The translations under genes and the position numbers were made by a program. Source: Coprobacillus sp. CAG:698 (GTDB lineage: Bacteria > Bacillota_I > Bacilli_A > ML615J-28 > CAG-698). From it: a stretch of DNA of 64,000 nucleotides. The stretch is from the NCBI GenBank assembly GCA_000431235.1, contig HF988729.1, positions 16,940 to 80,939 on the forward strand, read 5' to 3'. This document shows, piece after piece, positions 28,818 to 38,127 of this stretch; positions within the stretch are counted from its first letter, which is position 1, and each line of letters opens with the position of its first letter. Under the pieces are notes generated by a model that saw nothing but the letters and a program-made list of their open reading frames with translations, did no database searches and was not told the DNA's origin.

Positions 28818-29448
28818 AACTTTGTCAATGACAATAATTTCTTTAGGTTTAGCTTATCTATTTGGAATGCCAATTGGATTAATTTTAAACATAACGTCAA
28901 AAAAAGGTTTAAAACCATGTAAGAGTATTAATTTTATCTTAAGTTCAATAGTTAATGTTTTACGCTCCATACCATGTTTAATAATTGTAGTATTACTAAT
29001 GCCAGTAGTAAGAGCTGTTTTTGGCATTGGAACTGGAAAATGGTATACTATAATAATTCCTTTGTTTGTTGCTTCTTTAGGATTTGTTGCTAGAATCGTT
29101 GAGCAATCACTAGCAGAAGTTGACAAAGGAAAAATCGAAGCTGTTCGATCATTAGGTGCAAATAACATACAAATTGTTATGAAAGTATTGGTTCCTGAAG
29201 CAAGATCATCATTGATATCTGGTGTTGCTGTAACGTTTGTATCAATACTTGGTTATACATCTTTTGCATATAATATTGCTGCTGGTGGACTTATATCAGG
29301 AATTTGGCATTATTACGCTAAAAACACAGGTAACTATTTGACATCAATATCATTTTGGATTTTAATTATTATTGTTGTCATATTAGTTCAACTAGTTCAA
29401 GAGGTTGGTTTATATATTTCAAAAAAATTAGATAAAAGGAGAATTTAA
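28783..29448 (+). CDS. metI: methionine ABC transporter permease
   Basis: Five-TM BPD-type permease. Strong RBS GAGGAGGTG before ATG 28783. An alternative start at 28810 is possible. Confidence 0.85.
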   Translation: MSISSIFQMIFETLSMTIISLGLAYLFGMPIGLILNITSKKGLKPCKSINFILSSIVNVLRSIPCLIIVVLLMPVVRAVFGIGTGKWYTIIIPLFVASLGFVARIVEQSLAEVDKGKIEAVRSLGANNIQIVMKVLVPEARSSLISGVAVTFVSILGYTSFAYNIAAGGLISGIWHYYAKNTGNYLTSISFWILIIIVVILVQLVQEVGLYISKKLDKRRI

Positions 29449-29449
29449 A

Positions 29450-30277
29450 ATGAAAAAAATTGTTATTATTATTTTATTATGTTTATTTGGTTTGACATCT
29501 ACAGGTTGTTTTTCTCAAGACAAAACTATTAGAGTTTGTGCAAGTGAGTTGCCTCACGCAGATGTGTTAAATAATTGTGTCAGAGAAATTTTAAAATTAA
29601 AAGGATATAAACTAGAAGTAAGTGTTCTTGATTGGACTTTACAAAATGATGGCGTAGCGAATAAAGACTATGATGCTAATTATTTTCAACATATACCATA
29701 TCTAGAAACTTATTCAGGTAAAACAAGTTTATTTGCAACATGCAAAGTACATTATGAGCCACTAGGAATATATTATGGAAAAGAAAAGAAAGATTTATTA
29801 GAAGGAAAATCATTTGAAATATGTAATGATGAATCAAACGCAGTAAGAGCTTTAAAATTACTTCAAGAAAAAGGAGTTTTAAAGAAAGCACCAATTACTA
29901 GTGATGGTAAATTAGCTTTTACAGGTTCAACATGGATTTCTGATAACGATATTAAGATTACATTAATATCAGAGGAACTTTTGGTTTCTTCAATTAATGA
30001 TTATGATTTTGCTTTATTACCTTGTAATACTGCATATACAGGTAATATTTCTTCTAGTAGATTAGTTGATAAAGAAGATAATCAAACTTTAATTCTAGAA
30101 AATGCAAATGTAATTGCGGCCCGTCAAAGCGATTATCTTGAAGATTCTGTTTACAAGAAAAAGATAGATGTATTAACAGAGGCAATGCTATCTAAAGAAG
30201 TAAGAGAATATATCCAAAAGAAATATGAGGGTAAAATTACATGTGATGAAAAAACACAAATAGATTTAAGAAAATAA
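29450..30277 (+). CDS. metQ: methionine-binding lipoprotein (NlpA/MetQ family)
   Basis: Lipobox LTSTGC. Conserved NYFQH.PYL motif. Confidence 0.85.
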   Translation: MKKIVIIILLCLFGLTSTGCFSQDKTIRVCASELPHADVLNNCVREILKLKGYKLEVSVLDWTLQNDGVANKDYDANYFQHIPYLETYSGKTSLFATCKVHYEPLGIYYGKEKKDLLEGKSFEICNDESNAVRALKLLQEKGVLKKAPITSDGKLAFTGSTWISDNDIKITLISEELLVSSINDYDFALLPCNTAYTGNISSSRLVDKEDNQTLILENANVIAARQSDYLEDSVYKKKIDVLTEAMLSKEVREYIQKKYEGKITCDEKTQIDLRK

Positions 30278-30397
30278 AAGACTTCAAAAGTGCAAAGTGC
30301 ATATATTGTTTATATGATTTTGCATTTTTTTATATCTTATTAATTGCATTTAAATTTAATGTATGATAAAATATACTCATATATTTCGGAGGAAGAT

Positions 30398-31813
30398 ATG
30401 GATAAAGTAAAAAAACAATACGGTCTATGGACTGGAATAGCAATGGTCGTAGGAATCGTTATCGGTTCTGGTGTATTTTTTAAAGCTGGTGGAGTTTTAC
30501 AATCATCAGGAGGAGATTTAAAATTTGCACTATTAGCGTGGTTAATAGGTGGACTAATAATGATAACATCTGGATTTTGTTTTGCTATTTTTGCAACAAA
30601 AATTACAAAGTTTAATGGTGTAGTTGATTATGTTGAACTAGCAACAAACAAAAAAATAGGATATTTTCTTGCATGGCTTATGACAACATTCTATTATCCT
30701 ATAATTGCATCTATTGTGTCTCTTTTTTCAGGACAATATTTTTTCAAAATGTTTGGTCTTGATGTAGGTTTAGTTTCGTGGCAAAATGTTATTTTTGCAA
30801 GTTGTGTGTTGACTGCTTCCGTTATTCTAAATTATTTATCACCAATTATTTCAGCAAAGTTTCAAGTTTCATCAACAATTATTAAACTTATTCCAATATT
30901 AATAGTTGCAGTGGTTGGTTTATTTGCTTCTATAATTGTTGGCTCTGATTATGGAATTATAAATGCTTTTAAAGTGATTGGTGTTAAACCTGATAATTCT
31001 AATTATGTGCTAAACTTTGGTGAGGCAGTTAAAAAAACAGCCTTTGCATATGAAGGATGGGTTTGCGCTACATCTATAAATGCGGAATTGAAGGAATCAC
31101 ATAAGAATTTACCACGAGCATTAGTTTTTGGAACAGTGGCTATACTTGTATTTTATCTAATATATTTTATTTCATTATCTGCCTTTTTAGGTAATACTGG
31201 AACAATAAATAGTGGTAACAATGCACCAATTGATGTATTTGAAAAAATAATGGGTAAATTTGGTGGAGCTTTGTTTGCATTCTTCTTAATGGTATCTTGT
31301 TTAGGAACAGTCAATGGTGTTACAATTAGTTGCTGTCGTGGAATGTATACAATGTCATGTCGTGGTCAAGGAATTGCTCCAGAAAAGTTTTCTAAACTAG
31401 GAAAAAATCAAAGTGTTTCACTTTACTCATGTATATATGGTTATATTTGTATTTTGTTTATGCTTATGGTTTGGTGCTTAGCAATAAATGGAGTATGGTT
31501 ATTTAAATATTTAGGATCAATGGATGAAATTATTTGTGCTATTATTTATTTAGTATATATTACAATGTACATTTACATGATGAAAAACTTTAAAGACCAA
31601 AATGTTTTGAGAAGATTTATCTTTCCTGCGTTGGCAATAGTTGGTTCTATATTCTTTACAATCTGCGGAACAGGAATATTCCAATTAATCACAACTGGAG
31701 AAGTTGAAAGCTTAAAGGCATTTGGTGTCTTTATGATATTCTTTGTATTATTAATGCTTCCTTCTATTTTCTTCTATAAAAAGGAAAAAGAAATGCCTGA
31801 AGAATCATTATAA
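30398..31813 (+). CDS. APC-family amino acid permease
   Basis: ATG 30398 follows RBS GGAGGA; the track's TTG 30344 is unlikely. 12-TM profile, N-terminal GLWTGIAMVVGIVIGSGVF. Confidence 0.8.
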   Translation: MDKVKKQYGLWTGIAMVVGIVIGSGVFFKAGGVLQSSGGDLKFALLAWLIGGLIMITSGFCFAIFATKITKFNGVVDYVELATNKKIGYFLAWLMTTFYYPIIASIVSLFSGQYFFKMFGLDVGLVSWQNVIFASCVLTASVILNYLSPIISAKFQVSSTIIKLIPILIVAVVGLFASIIVGSDYGIINAFKVIGVKPDNSNYVLNFGEAVKKTAFAYEGWVCATSINAELKESHKNLPRALVFGTVAILVFYLIYFISLSAFLGNTGTINSGNNAPIDVFEKIMGKFGGALFAFFLMVSCLGTVNGVTISCCRGMYTMSCRGQGIAPEKFSKLGKNQSVSLYSCIYGYICILFMLMVWCLAINGVWLFKYLGSMDEIICAIIYLVYITMYIYMMKNFKDQNVLRRFIFPALAIVGSIFFTICGTGIFQLITTGEVESLKAFGVFMIFFVLLMLPSIFFYKKEKEMPEESL

Positions 31814-31821
31814 TAATATAA

Positions 31822-31857
31822 ACTGTGAATTCGATTTTCACAGTTTTTCTTTTTTTA
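31822..31857 (+). terminator. rho-independent terminator
   Basis: ACTGTGAA-ttcgat-TTCACAGT followed by TTTTTcTTTTTTT. Confidence 0.75.
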
Positions 31858-32028
31858 AATAAAATATTTTATTGCTTATTTTAAAAAACTATAATACAAC
31901 TAAATTACAGCGTAATACTAAATAAAATTTATGTTTTTTTCTTCGAAGGGTTTTTGCATACGATCTAATATAATATTTAAAAAAAAAGGAAAGATCAAGG
32001 GCTAAAATATGAAAATAATTTTGGGAAA

Positions 32029-32862
32029 ATGAAATTAGCAAATTCTGTTTGGATTAATAAAGATTTAGATGTGAAAAGTGAATATATTGATACTTTATCA
32101 AAATATTATAATCCTGGAGTTTACCAAACAAATTTTGATTCAAACGATAAGAAAAATATATGTAAGTGGATTAATAAAAATACAGATAATTTACTTGATT
32201 ATAAAGTGGATGATGTAGAAGCAGATGGTCAAACAATGATTATGCTTATTAATACAACTTTATTCAATAATAAATGGAAATATGTTTTTACTAAAAACAA
32301 TAGTTTTACTGATTTATTTTATGGTGATAGTAATACAAATGTTAACTATAAATTACATAAAAAAACAAGTTTATATGAAAATGATGACTATATAATAGTA
32401 CATGATTATTTTGAAAATAAAAATAAAATCAAATATATTATGCCTAAAGGTAATAAGACTATAAAAGATTTGCTTGATTCTAATATTATAGCTCAAGAAT
32501 TTGAATATACTTCAAAATATATCCAGTTAAGTGTTCCTAATTTTAAAACTAAAAGTGATTTTTTGTTGAATGAAATGATTTCTGACTTAGGAGCTGGAAA
32601 TATATTTAACATTAGTAAAGCAAATTTTTCAAAAATATCTAATCAAAAGATATATATTGAAAAAATTATCCAAGATGCTTTCATAGAATTGAATGAAGAA
32701 GGCGTTAAAGCACCAGCAGTAACAATAGCTACTAGCACATGTTCTTCTGCTAATCCAAATGTAGAACAAGAAGTTGTCTTAAATAAACCTTTCATATATT
32801 GTATATATGATGAAAGTGATGTGCCTTTATTTGTTGGTGCAGTTAAAAATATAGAAGAATAA
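32029..32862 (+). CDS. serpin-family protein lacking roughly the first 100 residues (possible pseudogene/remnant)
   Basis: C-terminal serpin hallmarks: hinge and reactive-centre loop NEEGVKAPAVTIA..., then NKPFIYCIYD...PLFVGAVKN. The in-frame stop at 31978-31980 leaves no room for the N-terminal helices or a signal peptide. Poor RBS. Confidence 0.6.
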   Translation: MKLANSVWINKDLDVKSEYIDTLSKYYNPGVYQTNFDSNDKKNICKWINKNTDNLLDYKVDDVEADGQTMIMLINTTLFNNKWKYVFTKNNSFTDLFYGDSNTNVNYKLHKKTSLYENDDYIIVHDYFENKNKIKYIMPKGNKTIKDLLDSNIIAQEFEYTSKYIQLSVPNFKTKSDFLLNEMISDLGAGNIFNISKANFSKISNQKIYIEKIIQDAFIELNEEGVKAPAVTIATSTCSSANPNVEQEVVLNKPFIYCIYDESDVPLFVGAVKNIEE

Positions 32863-32913
32863 AAATAAAAAAAGGTTGAAACTAAACTATATAGTTTATT
32901 CACCTTTTTTTGT

Positions 32914-33249
32914 TTATTTTTTTTCTTTCTTTATTTGTTTAGTGAGATTAGAAGTAGCTTCATCCACTGGTAAAGTGAAAGCAATTCCTTGTGCTTCTGT
33001 ATCACTACCAACTTCTTGATACAAAAGATTCAATAAATCTTTTACAATATCATTAGATACTAGTATCATAACAACTTCTTTTTCAGGGTTTATTGTTATT
33101 CCATATAATTTTTCGGCATCAACACTAGCACTACCTGAGGCATTTAGAATTGTTCCTCCACGAGCACCTAGTTTTCTTGCTATATCCATTACTTTATCTG
33201 AAAAGCCATTATTTACTATTGACATAACTAATACAATTCTATTTTCCAA
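32914..33249 (-). CDS. PII-like signal-transduction protein (non-canonical)
   Basis: 111 aa with a beta-alpha-beta-beta-alpha-beta pattern (RIVLVMSIV...GGTILNASG...VVMILV...GIAFTLPV). Last gene of the DUF1538-like operon. Confidence 0.6.
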   Translation of the reverse strand: MENRIVLVMSIVNNGFSDKVMDIARKLGARGGTILNASGSASVDAEKLYGITINPEKEVVMILVSNDIVKDLLNLLYQEVGSDTEAQGIAFTLPVDEATSNLTKQIKKEKK

Positions 33250-33607
33250 TATGTTTTCCTCCTAAGTTTGATAAGAATAAGTAGTTTTGCATTCCGATGA
33301 TGCTTTTGATAGGAATTGAGAATGCTATTGATTGATGATATTTAAATTTTTTAAATTTATCTTCAACTGCAAGTATGGCATCCTTAACTCGATTTTCACG
33401 AATGAAAGAAAATACAACATCACGATTGTTATTTTCGAAACCAAACATTTTCATAACTTCATTTGTACTTGTTCCATTACCAGGAAATGAAATTGAAAAG
33501 TTAACTTCAAATTCTTCAAGTAAGTCTAAGATAACTTCCTTTTTTCCTTGAGGAACAATTGATACAAGTATTTTTATTTTTTTAAGTTGTTCAATTGAAT
33601 TATTCAT
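33239..33607 (-). CDS. PII-like protein (divergent)
   Basis: ATG at 33605-33607 follows RBS AAGGTGG. Similar size and beta-alpha pattern. Overlaps the next gene by 11 nt. Confidence 0.5.
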   Translation of the reverse strand: MNNSIEQLKKIKILVSIVPQGKKEVILDLLEEFEVNFSISFPGNGTSTNEVMKMFGFENNNRDVVFSFIRENRVKDAILAVEDKFKKFKYHQSIAFSIPIKSIIGMQNYLFLSNLGGKHIGK

Positions 33608-33617
33608 AGAGACCACC

Positions 33618-35150
33618 TTACATAAATTCGATGATTATTTGATCATCTTGTTTTAATGCATTCTTAATATTTCGTTTATTTCTTAATGCATCTTTTACAA
33701 TTGCCATTATTCCTAAGAACTCAATAGCAATTAGTGGAGTCATAGCAACTAAAGAAACAACTCCGAAAGCTTCGGTAAGTACTGATTCTGCACCATTTAG
33801 AGTATAACATGCACCTATAGCAAGAGGTAATATAAAACTTGATGAAAGAGGACCACTTGCAACACCACCAGAGTCAAAAGCTATAGCTGTATAAATTTTA
33901 GGTGTGAATAGGGAAAGACCTAAACATATAGCGTAACCAGGGAGTAAATAATATAGAATATTAAATTTGAAGACGATTCTTATCATTGCTAGTGCAATTG
34001 CTATTCCAACTCCAACAACAAGCGCAATCATCATTGAACGTTTTTTAACTAAACCATCAGTAATTTCTTGAACTTGAGAATTAAGAACATGAATTGCAGG
34101 TTCCGCAAGAACTGTTAAAGCGCCTACAATAAAACCAATAACGATAAGAAGTGTTTTTGAGTAGGAAGCTATTTGTGTACCTAATTTATAACCAATTGAA
34201 ATATAGGCTACATCAACGCTTGCTAAGAATAAAACTAAACCAACATATGTATAGGCAAGGCCTATAAGAATTTGATAAATTTTGGACTTGTTTATTTTCA
34301 AAAAGAAGAATGAACAAATCGCAAAACATAAAACAATCAAGCCGAGAGCAATTCCAACTTCTCCCATTTTGTGAAGAATACTTTTTCCAAATGCAAGTAA
34401 AAGATTTTCACCAAGGATATAATCAGCTTCATTTAGTGAATAAGTTAGCTTACCACTTGTAAAGATAGATAAAAGTAGAGTAACGGCAATTGGACCAATT
34501 GAACATAGGGCAATAATTCCAAAACTTGCATCTTTTTCACTTTTCTTAGAAACAACTCTTGAAACACCAAGTCCTAAAGCCATTAAAAATGGAACAGTAA
34601 TAGGTCCTGTAGTTACACCACCAGAGTCAAAAGCAAGAGGAATGATATTTTCATTTCCTGTTAACACAGATATGATAGCAATTCCAAAAAGTAACATATA
34701 AAAATACATCAATAAAAGATTTAATGATAATTTATGAATAGTTTTTAAAATTGCAAAGACAAGAAATCCTCCTACACCGACACTTATGCTAACTATTAAA
34801 ACATATCGGTTAAACACTTGTTTTGTTTGCTCTGCAAGCACCGTTAAATCAGGCTCAGCAAACGTAACAAGAAATCCGAGAATGAAACAAGTAACTAATA
34901 AAACAGTAATTTTACCACTTTTAGTTAATCCATAACCAGTAAGCTTTCCCATCTCAGTCATCGAAAGATCAGATCCTAAGTTGAAAAGAGCAATACCTAT
35001 AATTAGAAATAGGGTAGCCAAAGAAAATGCAAAAATTTCTTTACCTGAAAGACTTACAAATGGTGTAAAATTAAGAATAATAACCAGTAAATATATAGGT
35101 AAAACGGAAAAGGCAGATTCTTTGATTTTTTCTAAATTTTTTTTAAACAA
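33618..35150 (-). CDS. polytopic membrane protein with two DUF1538-like halves (putative transporter)
   Basis: Internal duplication is visible: AEPDLTVLAEQ / AEPAIHVLNSQ and AFDSGGVTTGPITVPF / AFDSGGVASGPLSSSF. Confidence 0.65.
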   Translation of the reverse strand: MFKKNLEKIKESAFSVLPIYLLVIILNFTPFVSLSGKEIFAFSLATLFLIIGIALFNLGSDLSMTEMGKLTGYGLTKSGKITVLLVTCFILGFLVTFAEPDLTVLAEQTKQVFNRYVLIVSISVGVGGFLVFAILKTIHKLSLNLLLMYFYMLLFGIAIISVLTGNENIIPLAFDSGGVTTGPITVPFLMALGLGVSRVVSKKSEKDASFGIIALCSIGPIAVTLLLSIFTSGKLTYSLNEADYILGENLLLAFGKSILHKMGEVGIALGLIVLCFAICSFFFLKINKSKIYQILIGLAYTYVGLVLFLASVDVAYISIGYKLGTQIASYSKTLLIVIGFIVGALTVLAEPAIHVLNSQVQEITDGLVKKRSMMIALVVGVGIAIALAMIRIVFKFNILYYLLPGYAICLGLSLFTPKIYTAIAFDSGGVASGPLSSSFILPLAIGACYTLNGAESVLTEAFGVVSLVAMTPLIAIEFLGIMAIVKDALRNKRNIKNALKQDDQIIIEFM

Positions 35151-35270
35151 TTTTTCACCTCACCTTTACTTTATATTATACCAAAAAAAATACAAAAAGT
35201 TTAGAACAAATTTATAATTTTTATTCATTATTTAAAAATTAGACTCTTGCCTCAAACAAATTGTCTTTAA

Positions 35271-36161
35271 ATGCATATATTTATAATGAAGTTAACTTCT
35301 ATGAAAGGGGTGCAAATTATTAATTATACGAATAAAGCATTGTTTGGTTATAAAAATGAAACAATTAAATCCAATGCCGTTACAAGTATTATGCAAGATG
35401 TATTAACTTGTAATGTCTTTTCTGTAAAAAAAGACTATACAAAAAATAGTATACTAACATTTTTAATTAATATTAAAAATACTGGAAATGAAGTTATAAA
35501 GAATTTAACTATTACTGATAATCTTTCATTATATGAATATAATGGTAAAAAATTGAATCAATTATCATATATTGAAAATAGTACTTTGATATTTGTGAAT
35601 GGGGAAGAAAATAGGATAAAACCAAAATTAAACAATGAACTTATTTTTGATAATATTACTATTCCAGAGAAAGGTATAGTAACAATTGTTTATCAGACAA
35701 TAGTTACAAAATATGCTCAATTAGATGCTTCAAACAAAATAGAAAGTGAAATAACTATAAAAGGAGAAGATGTTCTAAAAGAGATAAAATTAAAGTATGT
35801 TATAAATGTAGAGAATAAGGCGGATCTAAAAATCGATAAAAGAATTGAACCTATACCAATAGTAAACAAAGGGGAAATAAAAATAATTTATCAATTATTT
35901 AATTATGGAAATGTTGATGTAAATCCTCAAGATGCAGGCTTTTTTGTTGATACATTTAATCCTATTATTAAAAATATAAAAGTAGAACTAAATAGAACAA
36001 ACTCATTACAAAATAATTATACATATAATCAAACAACTGGATTATTTCAAATAAATAAAGGAATAATCACAGTTCCTAAAGCTAAATTTATTCAAACAAG
36101 TGAGGGAGATATTTCTGTAGAACCGGGAATGACAGAAATTATTATTTCAGGAAAACTTTGA
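35271..36161 (+). CDS. DUF11-like (conserved repeat domain) protein, no signal peptide; start uncertain
   Basis: Two beta-rich modules of the TIGR01451/DUF11 style (LTFLINIKNTGNEVIKNLTITDNL; IKIIYQLFNYGNVDV). None of ATG 35271, 35286 or 35301 has a convincing RBS. Confidence 0.5.
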   Translation: MHIFIMKLTSMKGVQIINYTNKALFGYKNETIKSNAVTSIMQDVLTCNVFSVKKDYTKNSILTFLINIKNTGNEVIKNLTITDNLSLYEYNGKKLNQLSYIENSTLIFVNGEENRIKPKLNNELIFDNITIPEKGIVTIVYQTIVTKYAQLDASNKIESEITIKGEDVLKEIKLKYVINVENKADLKIDKRIEPIPIVNKGEIKIIYQLFNYGNVDVNPQDAGFFVDTFNPIIKNIKVELNRTNSLQNNYTYNQTTGLFQINKGIITVPKAKFIQTSEGDISVEPGMTEIIISGKL

Positions 36162-36184
36162 AAGCTAAGTAGCTACTAGCAAAA

Positions 36185-36228
36185 AAGTCAACATTGTATA
36201 TTATATACATTTGTTGACTTTTATTTTT
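36185..36228. terminator. bidirectional terminator between convergent genes
   Basis: AAGTCAACA-18 nt-TGTTGACTT flanked by A- and T-runs. Confidence 0.6.
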
Positions 36229-37072
36229 ATTTTATATAAATTTGTTTTTCAGGAGTTTCCTTATTGAACCAAAGCAAATGATTGTTATTAAAAATTTGAT
36301 TGAATTGATGATGATAAACCTTTTCAAAACTTGAAGAACTCTTCAAATAATAATCATAGTTAATTTTAGAACCTTGATCCATCCATGTAGGATCTATATG
36401 ATACCAAAATAAGCCAATTTTGACTAGATTCCAGGCGTGACCATCTAAATTGTAGTAGGGACCATATCCATTTTCAGTTTTACCGATAATTACTTCACAA
36501 GGGATATTGAGCTTGTCCATAATTCCCTTGAAAAGGAGAGCATAAGAAGTGCAAACTCCTTTTTTATCTTCGAGCATCGAAAGAACATCTCTATTAGTTA
36601 ATGAGTTGTCGTATTCGTAATTAAGACATATATATTCACTAACCCATTGAACTTTATCGATAGTTTCATATTCAGAATTAATTTGTGAAGTTATTTCTTC
36701 TATTTTTTTATTGTATATCTCTAAATTTTTTTCATAATCTTCTTTTGGATAGCGAGAACTATAAGTTATTTTAATTCTTTTTAAATCTAATTTACCCATG
36801 GAAATTGATACGTTATAAACATGGAAATTTGTAGGCTCCCCACATTCGAGTCGGTATTTAACTTTAATTGCTGTTTTTTTAGATTCTGGTTCAATGACTG
36901 ATAATTCATCTTCATTATTATCAATTGCTTCTTGGATTACTTCATATAATTTTTTATAAGAAATTGTTCTACTATTGCATAATGATAGTATTAAACAAAC
37001 AAATACTATTATAGCAATAATTGGGATAATAGGAATAGTAATTGATTTATTTTTTATATTAATTGTTATCAT
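36227..37072 (-). CDS. membrane-anchored transglutaminase-like cysteine protease-fold protein
   Basis: N-terminal TM. Cys-His-Asp arrangement GVCTSYALLF ... GHAWNLVKI ... WYHIDPTW. Confidence 0.75.
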   Translation of the reverse strand: MITINIKNKSITIPIIPIIAIIVFVCLILSLCNSRTISYKKLYEVIQEAIDNNEDELSVIEPESKKTAIKVKYRLECGEPTNFHVYNVSISMGKLDLKRIKITYSSRYPKEDYEKNLEIYNKKIEEITSQINSEYETIDKVQWVSEYICLNYEYDNSLTNRDVLSMLEDKKGVCTSYALLFKGIMDKLNIPCEVIIGKTENGYGPYYNLDGHAWNLVKIGLFWYHIDPTWMDQGSKINYDYYLKSSSSFEKVYHHQFNQIFNNNHLLWFNKETPEKQIYIK

Positions 37073-37986
37073 ATGTTTTTCTCCAAGGCTAATTTATTAT
37101 TGTATATAGAAATGATATCTTTTATAATTTCAACGTGATTAAAGTACACGTTATAAATAATATAGTTTTGTCTTATCATTTGTAACTTTTCAATTGGAAG
37201 AATAGCAAGTTTATTTTTATTGACTTCATCCATGCATGCACTTTTTGCAAGTACTGATATTCCAAAGTCTTTTCTAATTAAATCCTTAATAGTAGCAATA
37301 TTATCTACTTCTAAAACTACATTATAGTTTTTAATAGAATCATTATTATATTCTAGAGAAGCTTCAAATATTTTTCTTGTTGTTGAAGTCTGAAGTCTAA
37401 GAATCAATCTTTCTTTTTTTAACTCTTCAAGAGTAACGCTTTTTTTAGAAACTAAAGGATTATTAATTGAGAGAACACATACTAAATCATCTTTATCAAC
37501 TGGGAAAAATTTTAAAGAAGAATCTTCAATCATCCCATCAACATATGCTAAATCTAATTCATAATTTTCAACCATTTTATATAAATTAGAAGTGGTGTCA
37601 GTAATAATTATAATAGATATGTTTGGATTATTAAGACTATAATATCCAACAATTTCCGTAAACATGTTGCTTTCAGCTGTGTGAGTTACGCCAATACGAA
37701 TTTTTTTGGCAGCGGTGTCAATGTTTTTAAGCTCGTAAAGAAGTTTACTTTCGAGAGCTGCCATTCTTTTAGCGTAATTAGCGATTAGTTCTCCTTCAGG
37801 TGTTAGAGAAATTTCTCTTTTACCTCGAGAAATAATTTTAACTCCATACTCAGCTTCTAATTGGTTTATATGATGACTTACAGCTGGTTGAGTTAGAGAA
37901 AGTTTTTCAGCTGCTTTACTGAAATTTTTCTCTTCGATAACTGATAATAAAGTTTTAAATCTAATATCAAGCATATTATACCTCAC
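37069..37986 (-). CDS. LysR-family transcriptional regulator
   Basis: N-terminal HTH FSKAAEKLSLTQPAVSHHINQLE plus a LysR substrate-binding domain. Its stop overlaps the downstream start (ATGA). Confidence 0.9.
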   Translation of the reverse strand: MRYNMLDIRFKTLLSVIEEKNFSKAAEKLSLTQPAVSHHINQLEAEYGVKIISRGKREISLTPEGELIANYAKRMAALESKLLYELKNIDTAAKKIRIGVTHTAESNMFTEIVGYYSLNNPNISIIIITDTTSNLYKMVENYELDLAYVDGMIEDSSLKFFPVDKDDLVCVLSINNPLVSKKSVTLEELKKERLILRLQTSTTRKIFEASLEYNNDSIKNYNVVLEVDNIATIKDLIRKDFGISVLAKSACMDEVNKNKLAILPIEKLQMIRQNYIIYNVYFNHVEIIKDIISIYNNKLALEKNI

Positions 37987-38127
37987 ATATAAATATAATT
38001 TATAGTACTATAAAATAATATAATTTGTATTTATATAAAAACATAGTATAATTATTCTACCACACAAAATAAAGAAATACAATATGTTTTTATAAATTTA
38101 AATTAATGTTTAGAAAAGGGTGATAAA

